DNA from: Rhodocyclaceae bacterium
GTDB lineage: Bacteria > Pseudomonadota > Gammaproteobacteria > Burkholderiales > Rhodocyclaceae
NCBI GenBank assembly: GCA_035654135.1
Contig: DASRXN010000065.1
Span: 1 to 63,228, forward strand
Reading direction: 5' to 3'
Length of the DNA: 63,228 bases
Shown: in pieces, positions 52,029-63,228 of the stretch
Numbering within the stretch: the stretch's first letter is position 1
Layout: each line of letters begins with the position of its first letter
Position numbers and translations under genes: made by a program
Notes under the pieces: generated by a model
Databases searched by the model: none
The model's input: only the letters and a program-made list of their open reading frames with translations
What the model was told of the DNA's origin: nothing

Positions 52029-52792
52029 GAGCGCAGTTCCGCAATCACCGGCGCATGGTCGGAAGGCCGCTCCAGCTTGCGCGGTGCCTTGTCCACGCTG
52101 CACGAAGTGCAGTCGGCGGCGAGCGCCGGCGACAGCAGGATGTGATCGATGCGCAGGCCGAGGTTGCGCCGGAAGGCCATCATCCGGTAATCCCACCAGC
52201 TGAATATCTTTTCCGGTTGCTCGAAGAGACGGAAGGCATCGCGCAAGCCGAGTTCGGTCAGGGCGCGAAAGGCGTCGCGCTCCGCTTCCGAGCAAAGTAT
52301 CTGGCCCTGCCAGGCGACCGGGTCGTGCACATCGCGATCCTCCGGGGCGATGTTGTAGTCGCCAAGCACGGTAAGCCGTGGGTAGCGCGACATCTCGTCC
52401 ATGAGCCAGTTCTTCAGTGCGCGCAGCCATTTCAGTTTGTACTCGTACTTGTCCGCGCCGACCGCCTGGCCGTTGGGCACGTAGGCACAGACGACGCGAA
52501 TGTCGCCTACCGTGGCAGCGATGATGCGTGCCTGCGGATCATCGAAATCGGGGATGCCGCGCCCGACATCGCCGCCTTCGGTGCGGGCGAGAATGGCGAC
52601 GCCGTTATAGGTTTTCTGGCCATGGTGGATCGCGTGATAGCCGGCCGATTCGATGTCGGCGAACGGGAACGCCTTGTCTTCCAGCTTGGTTTCCTGCAGA
52701 CAGAGAATGTCCGGCCGCTGTGCGGCCAGCCAGTCGAGGACATGCGGCAGGCGCACCTTGAGGGAATTGACGTTCCAGGTGGCGATCTTCAT
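52025..52792 (-). CDS. xthA: exodeoxyribonuclease III
   Basis: 255 aa from MKIATWNVNSLKVRLPHVLDWL...ILCLQETK...LGDYNIAP...RIDHILLS...SDHAPV. Confidence 0.92.
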   Translation of the reverse strand: MKIATWNVNSLKVRLPHVLDWLAAQRPDILCLQETKLEDKAFPFADIESAGYHAIHHGQKTYNGVAILARTEGGDVGRGIPDFDDPQARIIAATVGDIRVVCAYVPNGQAVGADKYEYKLKWLRALKNWLMDEMSRYPRLTVLGDYNIAPEDRDVHDPVAWQGQILCSEAERDAFRALTELGLRDAFRLFEQPEKIFSWWDYRMMAFRRNLGLRIDHILLSPALAADCTSCSVDKAPRKLERPSDHAPVIAELRS

Positions 52793-52874
52793 GGTCTTGA
52801 GGCGATGATACTCCAGCGTCGGGGGTCCTATAATGGCCGCAAGTCTATGGGCCAGTGCCCGGGAGCCTGCGAGC

Positions 52875-53240
52875 ATGAGCAAGGGTTCAGATCGCCGCCA
52901 GTTCTGGCGCGCCGCTTTCCACTCGGGCGTGCAGTTGGTCGATGCTTCAGGAAGCACGCTGGCCGAACTTGTCGATGTCTCGCTGAAGGGCGCCTTGATC
53001 AAGGTGCCGCCGGAATGGGCCGGAAAGATCGACCACCTGTGTCAAATCAAGCTGAGGCTGGCCGATGACGCCGTGATCATCATGCGCGCCGTGGTCGCGC
53101 ACGTCGAGGGCCGACGAGTCGGGCTGCGCTGCGAGAGCATGGACCTCGACAGCATCACCCACCTGCGGCGTCTGGTCGAGTTGAATGCCGGTGACGCCAG
53201 GATGCTGGAGCGCGAGCTTGCTGCGCTCCTGATGACCTGA
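52875..53240 (+). CDS. single-domain PilZ c-di-GMP receptor, MapZ (PA4608)-like
   Basis: The start at MSKGSDRRQFWR (52875) is preferred over the track start at 52833. It has the RxxxR motif (RQFWR) and the DxSxxG motif (DVSLKG). The C-terminal MDLDSITHLRRLVELNAGDARMLERELAALL closely resembles what I recall of the P. aeruginosa MapZ tail. Confidence 0.7.
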   Translation: MSKGSDRRQFWRAAFHSGVQLVDASGSTLAELVDVSLKGALIKVPPEWAGKIDHLCQIKLRLADDAVIIMRAVVAHVEGRRVGLRCESMDLDSITHLRRLVELNAGDARMLERELAALLMT

Positions 53241-53729
53241 TCAGCGGGCTGCGCCGGGTTGGGCACTCGCCTTGGGATAGCCGGCGGCGTCGAGCAGGCT
53301 GTCCCAGTCGGAGGATAGATAGCCCTTGGTCGCCTTGCTGCCGACCTGCAATACCGGCACCACCAAGGCACCTTCGCCGACCAGGGTACGGAGGGCGGCG
53401 GCATCGGCTTCGCTGCTGATGGTCTTGCTGCTGAAGGGAATTCCCCGGCGGGTGAGGTGGTCGCGACCGTCGTTGCAGACGTCGCCGCAGGTGGTTTGGG
53501 TGTACAGCGTCACGGGATAGTCGGCCATGGCCTTCCTTAGTGCGTAGGACGCCGTCTGGTCGGCGCCGAGCAAGGCAGAGCGCTTTTGCTCGACATTGCG
53601 GGCTTCACCCGGTAACGGTGCCCGGTCCGTGTAATGGACCTTGCCTTCATTGTCGACCCAGCGATAGGTGGTTTGGGCTTGGACGGTGCACGTCAGTGCC
53701 AACAGCGCGAGTAGTACGGCATGCTTCAT
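53241..53729 (-). CDS. exported DUF4124 plus glutaredoxin-like fold protein
   Basis: 162 aa with a signal peptide and a DUF4124 motif (TYRWVDNEGKVHYTDRAP). The C-terminal glutaredoxin-like segment (VTLYTQTTCGDVCNDGRDHLTRRGIPFSSKTI) has an atypical CxxxC instead of CPYC. Confidence 0.65.
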   Translation of the reverse strand: MKHAVLLALLALTCTVQAQTTYRWVDNEGKVHYTDRAPLPGEARNVEQKRSALLGADQTASYALRKAMADYPVTLYTQTTCGDVCNDGRDHLTRRGIPFSSKTISSEADAAALRTLVGEGALVVPVLQVGSKATKGYLSSDWDSLLDAAGYPKASAQPGAAR

Positions 53730-53743
53730 TTGCGGCCTCCGGC

Positions 53744-55798
53744 TCAGGCATCGATCATGCCATTATGCCGCAGCAGGGCATCGACCTGCGGCTCGCGGCC
53801 GCGGAAAGCCTTGAAGGATTCCATCGCCGGCCGCGAGCCGCCGACGGCGAGAATCTCGCGCCAGAAGCGTGCGCCGGTTTCGGCGTCGAGCGTGCTGCCG
53901 CACGTACGGCCGGCTTCCTCGAAGGCGGAGTAGGCATCGGCCGACAGCACTTCCGCCCACTTGTAGCTGTAGTAGCCGGCCGCGTAGCCGCCACCGAAGA
54001 TGTGCGAAAAACTCTGCGGAAAGCGGTTCCATTCAGGTGGAAAAACCACCGCAACTTCCTGGCGCACATCGGCAATCAGTTGCTGCACCGTGCGTGTGCC
54101 GGCCGGGTCGAATTCGCTATGCAGCAGCAGGTCGAAGAGGGCGAACTCGATCTGCCTCAGTGTCTGCATGCCGCTCTGGAAATTCTTGGCGGCGATCATC
54201 TTGTCGTACAAGGCGCGCGGCAGCGACGCGCCAGTTTCGGCGTGGGCGGTCATGCCTTGCAGGACGTCCCATTCCCAGCAGAAGTTCTCCATGAACTGGC
54301 TGGGTAGTTCGACCGCGTCCCATTCGACGCCATCGATGCCCGACACCGGCAGGTCTTCGACCTGCGTCAGCAGGTGGTGCAGGCCGTGGCCGGTTTCGTG
54401 GAACAGCGTCAGCACGTCGTCGTGGCTGAAGGTGGCGGGCTTGCCGCCGACCGGCGCCGGGAAGTTGCAGCAGAGGTAGGCGACTGGGGTCTGGATGCCG
54501 GCAGTGCCTTCTACATCGATGCGGCGGCGGCCGATCGCGTCCTGCATCCAGGCGCCGCCGCGCTTGGTCTCGCGCGCATAGAGGTCGACGAAGAAATGGC
54601 CGATCGTCTCGCCGTTGCGGGCGATGCGGTAGAAGCGCACGGCCGGGTGCCAGCCCGCCGCCTTGTCGGGCTGGATCTTCACCGAGAACAGCGATTCGAC
54701 GACCCGGAACAGGCCGGTCATCACTTTCGGCTCCGGGAAGTACTGCTTTACCTCCTCGTCGGAGAAGTCATAGCGCGCGTGCTTGAGCTTCTCCGAAGCC
54801 CAGGCGAGATCCCAGCTTTCCAGCTTGTCCATGCCCAGTTCGGCGTGCGCAAACTCGCGCAATTCGGCGACGTCCTTCTCGGCGAAGGGTTTCGCCTTTG
54901 CCGCCAGTTCGTGCAGGAAGCCGGCGACCTGCGCGGTCGACTCTGCCATCTTCGGCACCAGCGAGACCTCGGCGTAATTGACATAGCCGAGCATCGCCGC
55001 TTCCTCGGTGCGCAGTCTGAGGAGACGGCCGATCAGCGGCCCGTTGTCCCAGGCCGGCTTGCCGAACTCGGAGGCGCGTGTGGCGTAGGCGCGATACATG
55101 CGCGCGCGCAGGCCGCGATCGTCGGCGTACTGCATGACGGGAATGTAGGAGGGCGCGTGCAGGGTGAATTTCCAGCCCGGCTTGCCGTCCTTTTCCGCGG
55201 CCGCACGGGCAGCCACCTTGACGTCGTCGGGCAGGCCCGTCACGCCGGCCTCGTCGGCGACCCCCTCGGCGTAGTCGTTGGTGGCATCGAGCAGGTTCTC
55301 GGAGAACTTCGCGGCGATCGACGACATCTCCTCCTGGATTTCCTTGAAGCGTGGCTTGCGGTCCTCGGCCAGCTCGGCGCCCGACAGGCGGAAGTCGCGC
55401 AGGTCGTTGTCGATGATGCGCTGGCGCGTCGGCGACAGCGTCGGGTACTCGGGACTCTCCCGCAGCGCCTTCATCCTGGCGAAGATCGCCTCGTTCTGAC
55501 CCAGTTCGGCGTAGTAGCCGGTGATCTCGGGCAGCAGCGCGTTGTAGGCCTCGCGCCACTCCGGCACGTCCATCACCGAATGCATGTGGCCGACGATGCC
55601 CCAAGCGCGGCCGAGCCGTTCGCCGGCGTCGGTGAGCGGCTGCATGAAGGCGTCCCACGACGGCTGACTTTCGGGTGCGGATAACTGTGCGACCAGTGCC
55701 CGGTTCTCTTCGATCAGCTGGCGGATGGCGGGGGCGACATGGTCGGGCAGGATGGCGTCAAAGCGCGGCAGACCCGCGAAATCGAGCAGGGGGTTCAT
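53744..55798 (-). CDS. prlC: oligopeptidase A (M3 family)
   Basis: MNPLLDFAGLPRFDAILPDHV aligns with the E. coli PrlC N-terminus; an in-frame ATG at 55807 is an alternative start. The zinc site HETGHGLHH is present. Confidence 0.9.
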   Translation of the reverse strand: MNPLLDFAGLPRFDAILPDHVAPAIRQLIEENRALVAQLSAPESQPSWDAFMQPLTDAGERLGRAWGIVGHMHSVMDVPEWREAYNALLPEITGYYAELGQNEAIFARMKALRESPEYPTLSPTRQRIIDNDLRDFRLSGAELAEDRKPRFKEIQEEMSSIAAKFSENLLDATNDYAEGVADEAGVTGLPDDVKVAARAAAEKDGKPGWKFTLHAPSYIPVMQYADDRGLRARMYRAYATRASEFGKPAWDNGPLIGRLLRLRTEEAAMLGYVNYAEVSLVPKMAESTAQVAGFLHELAAKAKPFAEKDVAELREFAHAELGMDKLESWDLAWASEKLKHARYDFSDEEVKQYFPEPKVMTGLFRVVESLFSVKIQPDKAAGWHPAVRFYRIARNGETIGHFFVDLYARETKRGGAWMQDAIGRRRIDVEGTAGIQTPVAYLCCNFPAPVGGKPATFSHDDVLTLFHETGHGLHHLLTQVEDLPVSGIDGVEWDAVELPSQFMENFCWEWDVLQGMTAHAETGASLPRALYDKMIAAKNFQSGMQTLRQIEFALFDLLLHSEFDPAGTRTVQQLIADVRQEVAVVFPPEWNRFPQSFSHIFGGGYAAGYYSYKWAEVLSADAYSAFEEAGRTCGSTLDAETGARFWREILAVGGSRPAMESFKAFRGREPQVDALLRHNGMIDA

Positions 55799-55850
55799 GG
55801 CTTCCATGTTGGGGTCGAATGGCGGGGGTGCAAGCCCCCACGCGGCTTTT

Positions 55851-56732
55851 TCAGGCGGTGAGGCGCGTCAGTGCTTCGCGGTATTTGGCACTGGTCTTTT
55901 CAAGGATTTCCGGCGGCAGCCTTGGGCCGGGTGCCTGCTTGTTCCAGTCCAGTGTCTCCAGGTAGTCGCGCACGAACTGCTTGTCGAAGCTGGCGGGGCT
56001 TGCGCCGACCTTGTAGGTATCGGCCGGCCAGAAGCGCGAGGAATCGGGCGTCAGCACCTCGTCGATCAGGTACAGCTTGTCGGCGGCATCGAGGCCGAAC
56101 TCGAACTTGGTGTCGGCGATGATGATGCCGCGCGTGCGCGCGTAGTCGGCGGCCTGCTTGTAGAGGCGGATGGCGGCGTCGCGCACCTGCGCCGCGAGCG
56201 CGGGGCCGATGGTCTTCTCGACCGTGGCGTAGTCGATGTTCTCGTCGTGGGTGCCGATCTCGGCCTTGGTTGAGGGCGTGAACAGCGGCTCGGGCAGTTG
56301 CTGGGCCATCTTCAGGCCGACGGGTAACGGGATGCCGCACACCTTGCCGGTTGCCTGGTAATCCTTCCAGCCGGAGCCGATCAGGTAGCCGCGCACCACG
56401 GCTTCGATTGGCAGCGGTCTCAGGCGCTTGACGACGATGGCGCGGCCGCGCACTTGGTCGCGCTCGTCCGCAGCGACGACGGTCTCCGGATCGATGCCGG
56501 TCAGCTGGTTGGGAATGATGTTGCCAAGCTTCTGGAACCAGAAGTTGGCAACGGCGGTAAGCACCTCGCCCTTGCCCGGGATCGGGTCGGGCAGGATCAC
56601 GTCGAAGGCCGAGAGGCGGTCGCTGGTGACGATCAGCATCTTGTCGTCGCCGACGGCGTAGTTGTCGCGCACCTTGCCGCGGCCGAGCAGCGGCAGGCTC
56701 TTGATGGAGGCTTCGTAAAGCGGTTGCGTCAT
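55851..56732 (-). CDS. purC: phosphoribosylaminoimidazole-succinocarboxamide synthase
   Basis: 293 aa, [23 protein letters not shown]...SDRLSAFDV...IADTKFEFG. Confidence 0.95.
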   Translation of the reverse strand: MTQPLYEASIKSLPLLGRGKVRDNYAVGDDKMLIVTSDRLSAFDVILPDPIPGKGEVLTAVANFWFQKLGNIIPNQLTGIDPETVVAADERDQVRGRAIVVKRLRPLPIEAVVRGYLIGSGWKDYQATGKVCGIPLPVGLKMAQQLPEPLFTPSTKAEIGTHDENIDYATVEKTIGPALAAQVRDAAIRLYKQAADYARTRGIIIADTKFEFGLDAADKLYLIDEVLTPDSSRFWPADTYKVGASPASFDKQFVRDYLETLDWNKQAPGPRLPPEILEKTSAKYREALTRLTA

Positions 56733-56746
56733 GGTGGCTCCGTGGA

Positions 56747-57196
56747 TTATTCGCGGACGAAGGCTTTGTCGGAAGCGCCTTCACTGGTATCTTCGCCGTA
56801 GGGGAAACGGACATGCCCGTAACGGATGACGAGCACGCCGAGAGTCAGCAGGAAAATCGCCGCCGCCACGGCCAGCATGCGCCACTCGGTCATTTCCTTG
56901 ATGTCGAGGATCAGGTAGCGGGCCAGCGCAACCATGGCGATATACATCGGGAAGCGCACCGGCAGCTGGCCGGACTTGAAGTACTGGCCGATCATCGCCA
57001 GCACTTCCAGATAGAGGAACATCAGCAGAAGGTCGGCGAGCTGGACCTTCTGCGCGCCGAACATGGTCATCACCTCGTGGTACATGGCCACGGTGGTGGC
57101 AATGCCGATGACCATCAGGCCAAGGTATTCGACGATGTCAAGGCCGCCACTGAACAGTCGGCGGATGCGGTCGAAAGTGTGGGATTGGATGTTCAT
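56747..57196 (-). CDS. PsiE-family (phosphate-starvation-inducible) membrane protein
   Basis: 149 aa with four TM helices. The [39 protein letters not shown] pattern matches E. coli PsiE ([28 protein letters not shown]). Confidence 0.7.
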   Translation of the reverse strand: MNIQSHTFDRIRRLFSGGLDIVEYLGLMVIGIATTVAMYHEVMTMFGAQKVQLADLLLMFLYLEVLAMIGQYFKSGQLPVRFPMYIAMVALARYLILDIKEMTEWRMLAVAAAIFLLTLGVLVIRYGHVRFPYGEDTSEGASDKAFVRE

Positions 57197-57202
57197 GCGC
57201 CT

Positions 57203-57237
57203 ACAAAGAAAAGGGGCTGCCGGATTCCGGCAGCCCC
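57203..57237 (-). terminator. intrinsic terminator after fba
   Basis: On the minus strand: stem GGGGCTGCCGG, loop AAT, stem CCGGCAGCCCC, followed by TTTTCTTTGT. Confidence 0.75.
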
Positions 57238-57260
57238 GTAAATTTACCGCAAATTGCCGC

Positions 57261-58325
57261 TTACTTGATGACCGCGTTCAGCTCGCCCTTCTTGTAACGG
57301 TTGGCCATGGCTTCCAGGGCGATCGGCTTGATCTTGCTGGCCATGCCGGCGCAGCCGAAGGCCTGATAGCGGGCCTTGCAGATTTCCTTCATTGCCTTGC
57401 GGGCTTCGGCCAGATACTTGCGCGGGTCGAAGTTCTTGCGATCCTTGTTCAGGAACTGGCGGATGGCGCCGGTTGAGGCCATGCGCAGGTCGGTGTCGAT
57501 GTTGACCTTGCGCACGCCGTTCCGGATGCCCTCGACGATCTCCTCGACCGGCACGCCGTAGGTGGCGCCCATCTCGCCGCCGTTCTCGTTGATGATCTTC
57601 AGCCAGTCCTGCGGCACGCTGGAGGAGCCATGCATCACCAGGTGGGTGTTGGGCAGGCGAGCGTGGATTTCCTTGATGCGGTCGATGCGCAGCACGGCGC
57701 CAGTGGGCGGCCGGGTGAACTTGTAGGCGCCGTGGCTGGTGCCGATGGCGATGGCCAGGGCGTCGACGCCGGTGGCCTTGACGAACTCGGCGGCTTCGTT
57801 GGGGTCGGTCAGCAGCTGGTCGTGCGACAGTACGCCTTCGGCGCCGTGGCCGTCTTCCTTCTCGCCCATGCCGGATTCCAGCGAGCCCAGGCAGCCCAGC
57901 TCGCCCTCGACGGAAACGCCGATGGCGTGCGACATCTCGACCACCTTGCGAGTGGTGTCGACGTTGTACTGGAAGGTGGAGGGCGTCTTGGCATCTTCCA
58001 TCAGCGAGCCATCCATCATGACGCTGGAGAAACCGGAGCGCATGGCCTGGATGCAGATGGCCGGGCTGGCGCCGTGGTCCTGGTGCATGACGATCGGCAC
58101 GTCCGGATGGGTCTCGATGGCGGCTTCGATCAGGTGGCGCAGGTAAGCCTCGCCGGCATACTTGCGGGCGCCGGCGGAGCCTTGCATGATCACCGGGCTG
58201 TCGGTCTCCTCGGCGGCCTCCATGATGGCCTGGATCTGCTCCAGGTTGTTCACGTTGAAAGCCGGCAGGCCGTAGCCATTTTCAGCGGCGTGGTCGAGCA
58301 GTTGGCGCAGGGAAACGAGGGCCAT
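57261..58325 (-). CDS. fba: class II fructose-bisphosphate aldolase (CbbA/Fba type)
   Basis: 354 aa, [30 protein letters not shown]...HQDHG...GTSHGAYKF...HGSSSVP. Confidence 0.95.
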   Translation of the reverse strand: MALVSLRQLLDHAAENGYGLPAFNVNNLEQIQAIMEAAEETDSPVIMQGSAGARKYAGEAYLRHLIEAAIETHPDVPIVMHQDHGASPAICIQAMRSGFSSVMMDGSLMEDAKTPSTFQYNVDTTRKVVEMSHAIGVSVEGELGCLGSLESGMGEKEDGHGAEGVLSHDQLLTDPNEAAEFVKATGVDALAIAIGTSHGAYKFTRPPTGAVLRIDRIKEIHARLPNTHLVMHGSSSVPQDWLKIINENGGEMGATYGVPVEEIVEGIRNGVRKVNIDTDLRMASTGAIRQFLNKDRKNFDPRKYLAEARKAMKEICKARYQAFGCAGMASKIKPIALEAMANRYKKGELNAVIK

Positions 58326-58343
58326 GGTTGTCTCCTAGGTTGG

Positions 58344-59780
58344 TTAATCGGTTGTTCGTGTGTCGCCCACTCGGACGATTTTCAGCGTATTCGTGCCACC
58401 CGGCGTGCCGATGGGTTCGCCGATGGTCAGGACGATGAGGTCACCGGGTTCGACAGCGCCGGTGCGTATCAGTTGCTCTTCGGCCTCCCGCAGCAGTTCG
58501 TCGCGGTCATGACCCGACTGGCGCATCATGACAGGATACACGCCCTTGAAGATGCATACCTTGTAACGGGTACGCACGTCCTGCGTAAGGGCATAGATGG
58601 GCACACCGGCGTTGAGGCGCGACATCCAGAGGGCGGTGGAACCGGATTCGGTAAGCGAGGCGATGGCCTTGACCTTCAGGTGGTTGGCGGCGAACAGCGC
58701 CGCCATGGCGATCGACTGGTCGATGCGCGTGAACACGCGGTCGAGGAAGTGCTTTTCCAGCGAAACTTCGGACGACTTCTCGGCCTCGACACAGATGCGC
58801 GCCATCGCCTCGACGGTTTTCACCGGATAGTCGCCGGCGGCGGTTTCGCCGGACAGCATGACGGCGTCGGTGCCGTCGAGTACGGCGTTGGCGACGTCGG
58901 AGACCTCGGCGCGGGTGGGTACCGGACTGTGGATCATCGACTCCATCATCTGGGTGGCGGTGATGGCGAAACGGTTGTGTTCCCGGGCCCGCCGGATGAT
59001 GCGCTTCTGCAGCGCGGGTACCGCAGCGTCACCGACTTCGACGGCCAGATCGCCGCGGGCGACCATGACGCCATCACAGGCATCGAGGATATCCTCGAGG
59101 TTGGCGATGGCTTCGACGCGTTCGATCTTGGCGATCACCAGCGCGCGGGAACCTGCCGCCTGCAGCAGTTCTCGGGCGTGGCGCAGGTCGTCGCCGGACT
59201 TGGGAAACGATACCGCCACATAGTCGACGTTGAGGCTGGCGGCGGTGCGGATATCTTCCTTGTCCTTGTCGGTCAGGGCCGGCGCTGACAATCCGCCGCC
59301 CTGTTTGTTGATGCCCTTGTTGTTGGACAGCTCGCCGCCGTGGCGGACGGTGCAGCGGACCTCGTCGCCATCGATGCCGGATACATCCATTATGATGCGG
59401 CCGTCGTCGAGCAGCAGCACGTCGCCAGCGACGACGTCCTGGACCAGTTCAGGATAGTCGAGGCCGACGCGGTTCGCGTCACCGAGTTCGCACTGTGCGG
59501 CCAGGATGAAGCTCTGACCAGGCTTGAGCAGGACCTTGCGGCCGGCGAACTTGCCGATGCGGATCTTCGGCCCCTGCAAGTCGGCCATGACGCCGACAGT
59601 GCGGCTCTGCGCGCTCATGGCCAGACGGAGGTGGTCGACCCGCTGCCGATGGTCGTCGGCGGTGCCGTGGGAGAAGTTGAGCCGGACGACATCGATACCG
59701 GCGGCAACGAGTTGGTTCAGTATTGCGGGATCGGACGAGGCCGGCCCCAGTGTGGCGACGATTTTTGTAGTTCGTGGCAT
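58344..59780 (-). CDS. pyk: pyruvate kinase
   Basis: MPRTTKIVATLGPASSD...RLNFSHG...MVARGDLAVE... starts at ATG 59778-59780. The track start, GTG at 59798, lies inside a hairpin and is less likely. Confidence 0.9.
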   Translation of the reverse strand: MPRTTKIVATLGPASSDPAILNQLVAAGIDVVRLNFSHGTADDHRQRVDHLRLAMSAQSRTVGVMADLQGPKIRIGKFAGRKVLLKPGQSFILAAQCELGDANRVGLDYPELVQDVVAGDVLLLDDGRIIMDVSGIDGDEVRCTVRHGGELSNNKGINKQGGGLSAPALTDKDKEDIRTAASLNVDYVAVSFPKSGDDLRHARELLQAAGSRALVIAKIERVEAIANLEDILDACDGVMVARGDLAVEVGDAAVPALQKRIIRRAREHNRFAITATQMMESMIHSPVPTRAEVSDVANAVLDGTDAVMLSGETAAGDYPVKTVEAMARICVEAEKSSEVSLEKHFLDRVFTRIDQSIAMAALFAANHLKVKAIASLTESGSTALWMSRLNAGVPIYALTQDVRTRYKVCIFKGVYPVMMRQSGHDRDELLREAEEQLIRTGAVEPGDLIVLTIGEPIGTPGGTNTLKIVRVGDTRTTD

Positions 59781-59786
59781 ATCGGG

Positions 59787-59815
59787 AAGGCGGGCCACTT
59801 GTGGCGGCCCGCCTT
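59787..59815 (-). other. GC-rich intercistronic stem-loop between pgk and pyk
   Basis: Perfect 10-bp arms AAGGCGGGCC / GGCCCGCCTT with a 9-nt loop. There is no T tract. On the coding strand it ends 6 nt before the pyk ATG. Confidence 0.6.
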
Positions 59816-59830
59816 GGAGGTTATGGGCGA

Positions 59831-61015
59831 TCAGCCCTGGGCGCGCTTTTCCAGAATATCGACGGCGGGCAGAACCTTGCCCTCCAGATATTCGAGGAAA
59901 GCGCCGCCGGCGGTAGAGATGTAGGACACCTTGTCGTAGATGTCGTACTTCTGGATGGCGGCGATAGTGTCGCCGCCACCGGCCAGGCTGAAGCCCTTGG
60001 CATTGGCGATGGCCATGGAAACGGTCTTGGTGCCGGCGCCAAACTGGTCGAACTCAAATACGCCGACCGGGCCGTTCCAGACGATGGTGCCGGCCTTGGC
60101 GATAATGTCGACGAGTTCCTGCGCCGACTTCGGGCCGATGTCGAAGATCATGTCGTCGTCGGCGACGGCGCCGGCGTCCTTGAGCACGGCCGGCTCGTTG
60201 GCATCGAACTTCTTGCCGCAGACGACATCGACGGCGATCGGAATCGAGGCGCCGCGCTTGGCCATCTTCTCGATCAGAGCCTTGGCGGTCGGGATCAGGT
60301 CGTGCTCGCACAGCGACTTGCCGACGTTCTTGCCCATGGCGGCGAGGAAGGTGTTGGCGATGCCGCCGCCGACGACCAGCTGGTCGACCTTATCGGACAG
60401 CGATTCGAGCACGGTCAGCTTGGTCGAGACCTTGGAGCCACCGACGATGGCAACCATCGGCCGGGCCGGCTTGGCCAGCGCCTTGTTGAGCGCGTCAAGT
60501 TCCTCGGTGAGCAGGATGCCGGCGCAGGCGACCGGTGCGAACTGGGCGACGCCGTAGGTCGAGGCCTCGGCTCGGTGGGCGGTGCCGAAGGCGTCCATGA
60601 CGAACACGTCGCACAGCGCGGCATACTTCTTCGCGGTGTCCTCGACGTTCTTCTTCTCGCCCTTGTTGATGCGGCAGTTCTCGAGCAGCACGACCTCTCC
60701 GGCGGCGACATCAAAGCCGCCATTGACCCAGTCGCGCACCACGCGCACGGGCTTGCCGAGCTTGGCCGACATCACGTCGGCGACGGGCTTGAGCGAATTC
60801 TCTTCCGAGAACTCGCCTTCGGTGGGGCGGCCAAGATGGGAAGTGACCATTACCTTGGCGCCGGCCTTCATGCAGTGCTCGATGGTCGGCATCGAGGCGG
60901 TGATGCGGGCGTCGGAAGTGACCTTGCCGTCCTTGACCGGCACGTTGAGGTCGGCGCGAATGAACACGCGCTTGCCCTTGAGGTCAAGATCGGTCATGCG
61001 GATGAACTTGGGCAT
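59831..61015 (-). CDS. pgk: phosphoglycerate kinase
   Basis: 394 aa, [20 protein letters not shown]...SHLGRP...GGGDT. Confidence 0.97.
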   Translation of the reverse strand: MPKFIRMTDLDLKGKRVFIRADLNVPVKDGKVTSDARITASMPTIEHCMKAGAKVMVTSHLGRPTEGEFSEENSLKPVADVMSAKLGKPVRVVRDWVNGGFDVAAGEVVLLENCRINKGEKKNVEDTAKKYAALCDVFVMDAFGTAHRAEASTYGVAQFAPVACAGILLTEELDALNKALAKPARPMVAIVGGSKVSTKLTVLESLSDKVDQLVVGGGIANTFLAAMGKNVGKSLCEHDLIPTAKALIEKMAKRGASIPIAVDVVCGKKFDANEPAVLKDAGAVADDDMIFDIGPKSAQELVDIIAKAGTIVWNGPVGVFEFDQFGAGTKTVSMAIANAKGFSLAGGGDTIAAIQKYDIYDKVSYISTAGGAFLEYLEGKVLPAVDILEKRAQG

Positions 61016-61051
61016 GTGCTGTCTCCTGAATATTCTGGAAATTAACCACTG

Positions 61052-61084
61052 AAGCGTTGCACCTGAGTGACAGGCGCAACGCTT
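61052..61084 (-). other. intercistronic stem-loop between gap and pgk
   Basis: 9-bp arms AAGCGTTGC / GCAACGCTT, with two further C-G pairs inside, in the 92-nt gap-pgk spacer. Confidence 0.5.
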
Positions 61085-61107
61085 GGATCGCTAATTTCTA
61101 TTACTTC

Positions 61108-63228
<2,121 letters not shown>

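Overview
This is a GC-rich proteobacterial chromosomal segment. Gene content and synteny look betaproteobacterial (Rhodocyclales/Burkholderiales-like), but that is inference only. I can support about 60 protein genes, one tRNA-Phe, several intrinsic terminators, and a sigma32 promoter plus CIRCE operator at groES.

Most of the window is housekeeping, in this order:
- groES-groEL
- hemA-prfA-prmC, then grxD
- argH, then algZ/algR-like genes and hemCDXY
- ppc
- dusB-fis-purH-pagP-purD-hemF
- pepP-ubiH, then amgK-murU
- lptD-surA-pdxA-rsmA
- xthA, prlC, purC
- a tkt-gap-pgk-pyk-fba block

The less ordinary parts are:
- A TctDE-like two-component system followed by two tandem 'small subunit + SSS symporter' pairs.
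- A cluster of c-di-GMP signalling genes downstream of tRNA-Phe. It holds an HDOD-GAF-kinase, a REC-PAS-GGDEF-EAL protein, and an 858-aa CxxCH/HAMP/GGDEF/divergent-EAL/CZB protein.
- Three small exported proteins of unknown function.
- A Hanks kinase fused to a cyclic-nucleotide-binding domain, with an ATGA overlap onto an N-terminally truncated fructosamine-kinase homolog.
- A frameshifted pepP.

I found no CRISPR array, IS element, integrase, prophage or recognisable defence system. I cannot point to a clearly novel multi-gene system; the findings below are the best candidates, with modest interest scores.

The many long antisense or alternate-frame ORFs in the track are treated as GC-bias artefacts. 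ORF-based coordinates come from track arithmetic checked against the printed sequence. Domain calls come from motif recognition by eye, not from database searches.
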